Below, in pieces: positions 56,948-64,000 of a stretch of DNA of 64,000 nucleotides (position 1 is its first letter; each line of letters opens with the position of its first letter). A model generated the notes under the pieces. It had not been told where the DNA came from. It saw nothing but the letters and a program-made list of their open reading frames with translations, and did no database searches. Origin of the DNA: Acidimicrobiales bacterium (GTDB lineage: Bacteria > Actinomycetota > Acidimicrobiia > Acidimicrobiales > Salinilacustritrichaceae). The position numbers and the translations under genes were made by a program. The DNA lies in assembly GCA_034522155.1 (NCBI GenBank), contig JAXHLP010000002.1, forward strand, positions 108,280 through 172,279, in the 5' to 3' direction.

Positions 56948-57670
56948 ATGAGCGGCCTCTACCGGGACGAGGGGGTCGTGCTGCGGACGTACAAGCTCGG
57001 CGAGGCCGACCGGATCGTGGTCCTGGCCACGGCGGAGCACGGCAAGGTCCGGGCCGTCGCCAAGGGTGTTCGCAAGACCAAGAGCCGGTTCGGTGCCCGG
57101 CTCGAACCGCTCTCCCACGTCGCGCTGCAGCTCTACGAGGGCCGCAACCTCGACACCATCACCCAGGCCGAGTCGATCGACTCGTTCCGGGCCATCCGCG
57201 AGGACCTCGACCGGTACGGCTCGGCGATGGGAGTCCTGGAGGTGATCGACCAGATCGCCATGGAGGGCGAGGTCGACCCGCGTCGCTTCTCCATGCTCGT
57301 GGGCGTGCTGCGAACCCTCGCGGCGAACGACAACCCGCTCGTGGTGCCTGCCTTCTACCTCAAGGTGCTGGCCCACGAGGGCTTCCAGCCCGAGGTCGAC
57401 GCCTGTGTGCAGTGCGGGACCGCTGATCCGCTGGTGGCCATCGACCTCTTCGCCGGCGGAATGCTCTGTCAGGCCTGTCGACAGGGTCGGGCGGTGTCGG
57501 GTGAGGCGCTCCGTCTGCTGCGAGCGGTGCTCGGCGGCGGGCTCAACGTGGTGCTCGCCGAGGAGCCGTCCCCAGCGGTTTCGGAGGTGTCCGCCATCGC
57601 CACCGAGGCCGTCGAGCACCACCTCGAACGCCGCCTCCGCACCCCCGGCCTCCTGGACAGGACGCTCTGA
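56948..57670 (+). CDS. recO: DNA repair protein RecO
   Basis: ATG 56948. It has the OB-fold N-terminus MSGLYRDEGVVLRTYKLGEADRIV and a zinc motif CVQCG..CQAC. Confidence 0.92.
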   Translation: MSGLYRDEGVVLRTYKLGEADRIVVLATAEHGKVRAVAKGVRKTKSRFGARLEPLSHVALQLYEGRNLDTITQAESIDSFRAIREDLDRYGSAMGVLEVIDQIAMEGEVDPRRFSMLVGVLRTLAANDNPLVVPAFYLKVLAHEGFQPEVDACVQCGTADPLVAIDLFAGGMLCQACRQGRAVSGEALRLLRAVLGGGLNVVLAEEPSPAVSEVSAIATEAVEHHLERRLRTPGLLDRTL

Positions 57671-57733
57671 GCCCGTCCGAGCTGAGCGCCAGCGAGGCGG
57701 GTCACACGGGCGGCGTGGTGGGGCTCCGTAGGT

Positions 57734-57763
57734 CTGACATGTCTCCTGACGGAGCCATGTCAG
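57734..57763. terminator. hairpin in the recO/RDD convergent spacer
   Basis: CTGACATG..CATGTCAG is extended by CTCC/GGAG around a TGAC loop, inside a locally GC-poorer 178-nt spacer. Confidence 0.35.
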
Positions 57764-57847
57764 CTCCTGCACCTCTCCGACTCCGTCGTCGATTTCGTTG
57801 TGCAACGGGAAGCGGCAAGGAAGCGAGCGACGCAGCGATTTCAAGAG

Positions 57848-59140
57848 TTACGTATCGATCAGTTTCCAGCGTTGGGCGCCGTCGTCCCACTGGAGCCACT
57901 GCTGGTCGTCGGTGTGCCACTGGATGTAGCTGTTCCGGGCGGCGTCCCACCGGGGCGGGGGCAGGGACGCGGGTTCGGGCGCGGTGGGCGCGTCGGTCAC
58001 CGGGTCGGCGCCCGGCGCAATGAACGGCGTCGGGCCGGCCGTCGGGCTGGCGTCGTACCGCGTCGTCATCTCCTCGGTGGGCGTCGTCGGCGGCTGCTCC
58101 GCTTCGGTCGGGCCGTACTCCGCGGCCCAGTCGGGCAAGGTCTGCTCGTCGGGCGGTGGTGCTGGCGCCGCGCTCTCCGGCGAGGCCTCCGGCCCCTTCC
58201 ACCAGTCGGGGTCGACGTCGACCTCGGGGGGCGAGTAGTCGACCCGCCCGTCGATCTCGGGCATGGGGGGTTGCTCGGCCTCGACCGGCCGCTCGGGTTC
58301 GGGGCCGGTGATGTCGAGTGTCGGCGGTTCGTCGACCGGGCGTCCGGCGAGCGGCGGTGGTGGCGCGGGCGCCTCGTCGGGTCGACCCGAGATCCGGGGC
58401 GCGAGGTCTTCGACGCTGGGTGGTGGCGCGACGCCGAGATCGGCGAGCTCGTCGTTGGTGCGCAGCGGCGCTGCCGGTGGGGGTGCCGTTGGTGGACCGG
58501 TGGGCGGTGGTGGTGCGCCCCACGGCGCCGCCGTCGGTGGCATCACCGGCGACCCGACGGTGACGGGCTGGCCGGCATCCCTGCGGGCGACGACGTAGGT
58601 CTTGGCGGCCATGTCGCCGACCCGCCGGTGGCCGGTGGAGGTGAGCCCGACCACGAAGCCGACGATCGGCAGGAACCAGGGCGCGCCGTCGACGATCCAC
58701 AGCAGCGTGCGGCCGAGGCTCCTGCCGAACCCGGGCCGGGACCCGTCCTCGCGCACGACCCGTACACCGGTGAGGAGCTTGCCCGGCGAGGCGCCCGTCG
58801 CGCCCTGGAGGACGATGAAGAACAGGAAGTAGCCGAGGGAGGCGAGGGTCTGGATGCCGTTGTCGGCGTTGGAGGTGAGGTAGGCGCGGTCGCCGACCTC
58901 GAGACAGCCCGCGGCAGCATCGCCGTCCTGGAACTGGAGCTGATCGCACGCCTCGAGGGAGGGGATCGAGTCGGGGATCTCGACGTATTCGGCCAGCGCG
59001 GCGAACAGGGCGATGGCGAGCCCGAGGTAGATGACCAGGTCGAGGATCCAGGCGACGGTGCGCCGGCCCATGACCGCGGTGCGGTCTGCTCCGTGGTCCT
59101 GGCCGGGGCCGGGCGGCGGCAGGTAGTTCAGGTCGCTCAC
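57848..59140 (-). CDS. RDD-family membrane protein with long Pro-rich tail
   Basis: GTG 59140. The RDD-like core runs RRTVAWILDLVIY..GHRRVGDMAAKTYVV, followed by about 290 aa of Pro-rich sequence and a Trp-rich terminus. The upstream part of ORF 57848..60337 is antisense to glyQS. Confidence 0.7.
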   Translation of the reverse strand: MSDLNYLPPPGPGQDHGADRTAVMGRRTVAWILDLVIYLGLAIALFAALAEYVEIPDSIPSLEACDQLQFQDGDAAAGCLEVGDRAYLTSNADNGIQTLASLGYFLFFIVLQGATGASPGKLLTGVRVVREDGSRPGFGRSLGRTLLWIVDGAPWFLPIVGFVVGLTSTGHRRVGDMAAKTYVVARRDAGQPVTVGSPVMPPTAAPWGAPPPPTGPPTAPPPAAPLRTNDELADLGVAPPPSVEDLAPRISGRPDEAPAPPPPLAGRPVDEPPTLDITGPEPERPVEAEQPPMPEIDGRVDYSPPEVDVDPDWWKGPEASPESAAPAPPPDEQTLPDWAAEYGPTEAEQPPTTPTEEMTTRYDASPTAGPTPFIAPGADPVTDAPTAPEPASLPPPRWDAARNSYIQWHTDDQQWLQWDDGAQRWKLIDT

Positions 59141-59224
59141 GTCGCCGGTATACCACCCGGGGCCCCGCACCAGGGCGGAACGGCTGTCTGCGCCCACGCG
59201 GGCCCTCGGTAGGCTCCGGCCCCT

Positions 59225-60541
59225 ATGAGCGCGCCGTCCGAATTGTTCGACACCGTCGTCAACCTGTGCAAGCGGCGCGGCTTCGTCTTCCCGTCGGCCG
59301 AGATCTACGGCGGCTTCCGCTCGACCTACGACTACGGCCCGGTCGGCGTCCTGCTGCTGCGCAACGTGAAGGACGCATGGTGGCGGTCGATGGTCCAGCT
59401 GCGCCACGACGTCGTCGGCCTCGACGCGTCGATCCTGTCGCCGCCGCCGGTGTGGGAGGCCTCCGGCCACCTGGCCAACTTCACCGACCCGCTCGTCGAC
59501 TGCCGCGAGTGCAAGGAGCGGTTCCGGCTCGACAAGCTCGACGATCCCGAGACATGCCCGAACTGCGGCGCGACGAACAGCTTCACCGATGCCCGCCAGT
59601 TCAACCTGCTGTTCAAGACCCACGCGGGCCCGGTCGAGGGCGCCGGCCACGAGGTGTACCTGCGGCCGGAGACGGCCCAGGGCATGTTCCTCAACTTCAA
59701 GAACGTGCTCGAGACGTCGCGCAAGAAGCCGCCGTTCGGCATCGCCCAGATCGGCAAGTCGTTCCGCAACGAGATCACGCCCGGCAACTTCGTGTTCCGG
59801 ACCCGCGAGTTCGAGCAGATGGAGATGGAGTTCTTCGTCCCCCCGGCCGAGGCCGGGCAGTGGTACGAGTACTGGTGCCAGGCCCGCTACGACTGGTACC
59901 TGGACCACGGCATCCCCAAGGACCAGCTCCGGCTGCGGGCCCACGACGCCGACGAGCTCAGCCACTACTCCTCGGGCACCTCCGACGTCGAGTTCCTGTT
60001 CCCGTGGGGCTGGGACGAGCTCGAGGGCATCGCCAACCGCGGCGACTACGACCTGAACCAGCACGCCGAGCACTCGGGTTCGCGGCTCGAGTACTTCGAC
60101 CAGCAGGCCGACGAGCGCTACGTGCCCCACGTGATCGAACCGGCGGCCGGCGCCACCCGGACGGCCATGGCGTTCCTGATGGCCGCCTACGACGAGGAAT
60201 CGGTGAACGACGACACCCGCACGGTGCTGCGGTTCCACCCCCGGATCGCGCCGTACACGATCGCCGTCCTGCCACTGTCGAAGAAGGACGACCTGGTGGG
60301 CGTGTCCGACGAGGTGCTGTCGATTCTGGCGCCCCACTACATGTGCGACTTCGACGTCACCCAGGCCATCGGGCGCCGCTATCGGCGTCAGGACGAGATC
60401 GGCACGCCCTACTGCGTGACCATCGACTTCGACACGCTCGAGGACCGGTCGGTCACCATCCGCGAGCGCGACACCATGACCCAGGAGCGGATCCCCATCG
60501 ACGGCCTGCGCGAGCGCCTCGGGGAACGTCTGGGCTTCTAG
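59225..60541 (+). CDS. glyQS: glycine--tRNA ligase (dimeric class II)
   Basis: 438 aa. It has class II motifs (FRNEITPGNFVFRTREFEQMEMEFF) and an anticodon-binding domain. Confidence 0.95.
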   Translation: MSAPSELFDTVVNLCKRRGFVFPSAEIYGGFRSTYDYGPVGVLLLRNVKDAWWRSMVQLRHDVVGLDASILSPPPVWEASGHLANFTDPLVDCRECKERFRLDKLDDPETCPNCGATNSFTDARQFNLLFKTHAGPVEGAGHEVYLRPETAQGMFLNFKNVLETSRKKPPFGIAQIGKSFRNEITPGNFVFRTREFEQMEMEFFVPPAEAGQWYEYWCQARYDWYLDHGIPKDQLRLRAHDADELSHYSSGTSDVEFLFPWGWDELEGIANRGDYDLNQHAEHSGSRLEYFDQQADERYVPHVIEPAAGATRTAMAFLMAAYDEESVNDDTRTVLRFHPRIAPYTIAVLPLSKKDDLVGVSDEVLSILAPHYMCDFDVTQAIGRRYRRQDEIGTPYCVTIDFDTLEDRSVTIRERDTMTQERIPIDGLRERLGERLGF

Positions 60542-60549
60542 GTCTCGCG

Positions 60550-61620
60550 ATGTACACCCTCGCCGCGGAGTCCGGCGCCAACTCCGACTTCGTCAGCTTC
60601 GACGTCCCGCTGTGGGTCTGGGCCGCCTTCGCCGCGCTGGTGGCGGTCCTCTTGTTCGCCGACCTGCTCCTGATCCACAAGGACGCGCACGAGATCTCGG
60701 CCAAGGAGGCCGGGATCGAGTCGGCGGTCTGGATCTCGATCGGCCTGCTCTTCGGGCTGGTCATCCTCGCGTGGCAGGGCGGTGCCGCCGCCGGGGAGTA
60801 CTACGCCGGCTACCTGATCGAGAAGTCGCTGAGCATCGACAACGTGTTCGTGTGGGCGTTGATCATGAGCTACTTCGGTGTCCCCCAGCGCTTCCAGTTC
60901 CGGGTGCTCTTCTGGGGCATCTTCGGCGCGCTCGTGCTCCGGGCGATCTTCATCTTCGGCGGTGTGGCCATCCTCGAGCGGTTCAGTTGGGTGCTCTACA
61001 TCTTCGGCGCGTTCCTGCTGTTCACCGCGATCCGGCTCCTCAAGCCCACCCACGACAACGTCCATCCCGAGGACAACTTCATCCTGCGGATGGTGAACAA
61101 GGTGGTCCCCTCGACCTCCGAGTACGACGGCCAGAAGCTGTTCACGCGCGTGAACGGTGCTCGGGTCGCCACGCCGCTGTTCGCGGTGCTCGTGGTTGTC
61201 GAGTCGTCGGATGTGATCTTCGCCGTCGATTCGATCCCGGCGATCCTCGCGGTGAGCCGTGAGCAGTTCATCGTCTTCTCGTCCAACGCCTTCGCCATCC
61301 TCGGCCTGCGGGCGTTGTACTTCCTGCTCGCCGACATGCGGAACCGCTTCGCGTACCTGCAGCAGGGACTCGCGGTCGTCCTGGCCTTCGTCGGTGTGAA
61401 GATGCTCATCAGCGAGCAGTACCACGTCCCGACCTACATCTCGCTCGCCGTCATCGCCGTGATCCTGACCGTCTCGATCGTGGCGTCGCTGCGCAAGCCG
61501 GTCGACGACGAGGACGTCGAGGACCTCGATCTCGGCATCCACGGTGTCATCGGGCGCCGGAAACGCGGTGACGGCGACTCGCCACCGCCACCGGAGACGT
61601 CGAGCCACTCGTCGGAGTAG
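60550..61620 (+). CDS. TerC family integral membrane protein
   Basis: ATG 60550. EKSLSIDNVFV and ESSDVIFAVDSIPA are typical of TerC. Confidence 0.88.
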   Translation: MYTLAAESGANSDFVSFDVPLWVWAAFAALVAVLLFADLLLIHKDAHEISAKEAGIESAVWISIGLLFGLVILAWQGGAAAGEYYAGYLIEKSLSIDNVFVWALIMSYFGVPQRFQFRVLFWGIFGALVLRAIFIFGGVAILERFSWVLYIFGAFLLFTAIRLLKPTHDNVHPEDNFILRMVNKVVPSTSEYDGQKLFTRVNGARVATPLFAVLVVVESSDVIFAVDSIPAILAVSREQFIVFSSNAFAILGLRALYFLLADMRNRFAYLQQGLAVVLAFVGVKMLISEQYHVPTYISLAVIAVILTVSIVASLRKPVDDEDVEDLDLGIHGVIGRRKRGDGDSPPPPETSSHSSE

Positions 61621-61630
61621 ACAACTCCCC

Positions 61631-63481
61631 GTGGGCATCCGCGACGAGGACATCGCCCGGGTCCGGGCGGCCACCGACATCGTCGCCCTGATCGGGGAGT
61701 ACGTCCAGCTCAAGCAGGTGGGCCAGCGCTGGCGCGGGCTGTGCCCGTTCCACACCGAGAAGACCGGCTCGTTCTACGTCAATGCGGTCGACGGCCTCTA
61801 CCACTGCTTCGGGTGCCAGGCCTCCGGCGACGCCATCACCTTCGTCCGGGAGCAGGAGCACCTCGGCTTCCCCGAGGCGGTGGAGCGGCTGGCGGGCAAG
61901 GTCGGGATCAGCCTCACCTACGACAACGAGGGCGAGAACCGCACCCGCAAGGAGCGCAAACGGCTGTCGGAGCTGGTCGCGGAGGCCGAGGACTTCTACC
62001 ACGAGAAGCTGCTGTCGTCCCCCGACGGGGCGGCCGCCCGTCGCTACCTCCGCTCCCGCGGCTTCGACGGCGACGAGGTCAAGCACTGGCGCCTGGGCTG
62101 GGCCCCCGACGATTGGGATCAGCTCTGCCGGCACCTCCGGCTGTCGAAGAAGGACCTCGCCGGCACCGGGCTCGGGTTCGTGAACCGCCGCGGGCGGGCC
62201 CAGGACTTCTTCCGGGGGCGTCTCCTCTTCCCGATCCACGATGCCGACGGCAGTCCCGTCGGCTTCGGCGGGCGGATCTTGCCGGGGGTCGACGGGCCGA
62301 AGTACATCAACACCTCCCAGACCCCGCTGTACGACAAGTCCCGGGTGCTGTTCGCGCTCGACCGCGCCAAGTCGGGCGTCGTGGAGGCCGACGAGGTCGT
62401 GGTGTGCGAGGGCTACACCGACGTCACCGCCCTGTTCCGGGTCGGCGTGCCCCGGGCCGTGGCCACGTGCGGGACCGCCCTCACCGACGACCACGTCCGA
62501 CTGTTGCGCAAGTACACCCGGCGGATCGTGCTCGCCTTCGACGCCGACACCGCCGGCCAGGCGGCCGCCGACCGCTTCTACCAGTGGGAGGACAAGTTCG
62601 ACCTCGACGTCGTGGTGGCCGCGCTGCCGTCCGGCGTCGACCCGGGTGACATGGCCGACACCGACCCCGACGGCCTGGTGGCTGCCATCGCCGACGCCCG
62701 CCCGTTCCTCGAGTACCGGTTGTCGCGGATCCTCGATGGTGCCGACCTGAGCACGGCCGAGCACCGGGCCCGGGCGGCGGAGGACGCGCTCGCCGTCGTC
62801 GCCGAGCATCCCAACGACCTCGTCCGGGACCAGTACCTGATGCAGGTGGCCGACCGGTGCCGGGTCGACGTGGCTCGCCTCCGCGAGCGCCTCCGCTCCG
62901 GCGACGTGAAGCGACGGCCGGCGCCCGAGCCGGCTCGCCGGGGGAGGGGCGATGCTGACCCGGGGCCACAGGATCCCGGCCCGGACGCGAACGATCCGGG
63001 GCCGACGCCGCCCCCGGGCGGGCCGGCAGCCGCACCCGGGCCGGGCGGCCAGTCGGGGCGATCCCGGGCGGCCTCGCCGGCACTCGAGGTGCTGCGCCTG
63101 GCTGTCAACCGGCCCGAGACCGTCGTCGACTGGCTCGATGAGGCGCTGTTCGACGACACCACGCACCGCGAGGCGTACCGGGCGCTGGTCGAGTCGGCCA
63201 CCATCCACGAAGCGATCGAGTCGTCGCCCCCCGAGGTCGGTGCGCTCCTGTCGCGGCTCGCTGTGGAGGAGCCGGTGGACGACCCGCTCGACCCGGTCAC
63301 GCTGCTCCTCCGGGCCGCGGGAAAGCGGCTGCTGTCGATCGAGCGGGCGAAGCAGTCCCCCGATCTCGACGTGCTCACCGGGGTGGCCCGGCTGGTGGAC
63401 CAGCTGCACGCAACGGACGAGCGCCGAGAGCCCGCGGCGCGTGAATTGCTAACCTTTGTCTCCCAACAGGGGGCGAGTTGA
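61631..63481 (+). CDS. dnaG: DNA primase
   Basis: GTG 61631. It has the zinc ribbon [20 protein letters not shown], and a TOPRIM segment ([17 protein letters not shown]). Confidence 0.93.
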   Translation: MGIRDEDIARVRAATDIVALIGEYVQLKQVGQRWRGLCPFHTEKTGSFYVNAVDGLYHCFGCQASGDAITFVREQEHLGFPEAVERLAGKVGISLTYDNEGENRTRKERKRLSELVAEAEDFYHEKLLSSPDGAAARRYLRSRGFDGDEVKHWRLGWAPDDWDQLCRHLRLSKKDLAGTGLGFVNRRGRAQDFFRGRLLFPIHDADGSPVGFGGRILPGVDGPKYINTSQTPLYDKSRVLFALDRAKSGVVEADEVVVCEGYTDVTALFRVGVPRAVATCGTALTDDHVRLLRKYTRRIVLAFDADTAGQAAADRFYQWEDKFDLDVVVAALPSGVDPGDMADTDPDGLVAAIADARPFLEYRLSRILDGADLSTAEHRARAAEDALAVVAEHPNDLVRDQYLMQVADRCRVDVARLRERLRSGDVKRRPAPEPARRGRGDADPGPQDPGPDANDPGPTPPPGGPAAAPGPGGQSGRSRAASPALEVLRLAVNRPETVVDWLDEALFDDTTHREAYRALVESATIHEAIESSPPEVGALLSRLAVEEPVDDPLDPVTLLLRAAGKRLLSIERAKQSPDLDVLTGVARLVDQLHATDERREPAARELLTFVSQQGAS

Positions 63482-64000
63482 TGACTCAGGTAGCCGAGGA
63501 CACCGAGGTTCCCGAGCACGTAGGCCTTACCGAGCAGATCGACGCGCTCGTGGAAGCCGCCCGAGCCTACGGCGAGATCCATCTCGACCTGGTCATGATG
63601 AAGCTCCGGGTGGAGCTGACCCCCGACGTGCTCGCCGCCGTCAAGGAGGCGTGCAGCAAGGCCGGGGTCCGTCTCGACGAGGACGTCGAGCACGAGGTCG
63701 ACGAGCAGGAACTGACCTCGGCCGACGAGCTGGCCCGTGCCCGCCGTCGTCGGGCGGCCGCCCGCACGGTCCGGCCGATCAAGCAACCCAACGGGGGGAG
63801 CAGCGACTCGGTCCGCATATACCTGCGCGAGATCGGCCGGGTGCCGCTGCTCACCGCCGACGAAGAGGTGTCGATCGCCAAGCGGATCGAGAAGGGCGAG
63901 ATGGCCAAGGGTCGCCTCGCCGACCTCGCTGCCGGCGACGAACTCGACACCCTGCCCTTCGAGGACCGCCGCCGCATGCAGCGGTGGGTGCGCGACGGCG
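63481..64000 (+). CDS. RNA polymerase sigma factor, primary-like RpoD/SigA group (3' partial)
   Basis: This was translated by hand because it is absent from the ORF track (no stop inside the window). ATG 63481 overlaps the dnaG stop. The product [39 protein letters not shown] carries region 1.2. Confidence 0.85.
   Translation, partial: MTQVAEDTEVPEHVGLTEQIDALVEAARAYGEIHLDLVMMKLRVELTPDVLAAVKEACSKAGVRLDEDVEHEVDEQELTSADELARARRRRAAARTVRPIKQPNGGSSDSVRIYLREIGRVPLLTADEEVSIAKRIEKGEMAKGRLADLAAGDELDTLPFEDRRRMQRWVRDG

Noticed and set aside
59141-60337. Upstream 399 codons of ORF 57848..60337 (minus strand), and likewise ORF 61547..63409 (minus strand).
   Set aside because: They are antisense to glyQS and dnaG respectively. 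Only the RDD gene below 59140 is supported.
60542-60549. A yybP-ykoY (manganese) riboswitch upstream of the TerC-family gene.
   Set aside because: Only 8 nt separate the glyQS stop from the TerC start, so there is no room for a riboswitch.

Overview
This is a high-GC (about 70%) actinobacterial chromosome segment. Gene content and order suggest an Acidimicrobiia-like lineage, but that is inference only. Most of the window is housekeeping: leuS (5' partial), comEA-comEC-holA, rpsT, lepA, metY, hrcA-dnaJ-rsmE, hemW, phoH-ybeY-corC-era, uppS-recO, glyQS, and dnaG followed by a primary-like sigma factor (3' partial).

Accessory or unusual content:
(1) A complete Tad/Flp-type pilus operon lies on the minus strand at 41.4-48.3 kb. 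It has the actinobacterial cpaE(ssd)-tadA-tadB-tadC-pilin-tadE layout.
(2) Immediately downstream of that operon sits a translationally coupled pair, a membrane pseudokinase and a LysM-like protein. I regard this pair as the best candidate for an undescribed module.
(3) A 95-bp tandem repeat reiterates the era start region and creates an overlapping upstream ORF.
(4) An ECF sigma/anti-sigma-like pair carries a perfect in-frame tandem duplication with a 189-bp period.
(5) There is a BldD-like regulator with an intact RXD-X8-RXXD c-di-GMP signature, a CIRCE operator upstream of hrcA, and a DUF222/HNH gene.

An indel-dense tract at 26.6-29.95 kb breaks the reading frames of bioB, a methyltransferase, a lipoprotein gene and an ATP-dependent DNA ligase. 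A thioredoxin-domain gene is also broken at 10.66 kb. The translations on either side of each break remain family-like, so sequencing or assembly error and very recent decay cannot be told apart from sequence alone.

No rRNA, tRNA, CRISPR array or transposase was seen. Many long ORFs in the track are GC-driven antisense shadows and were rejected. All family calls rest on motifs read by eye; no database search was run.
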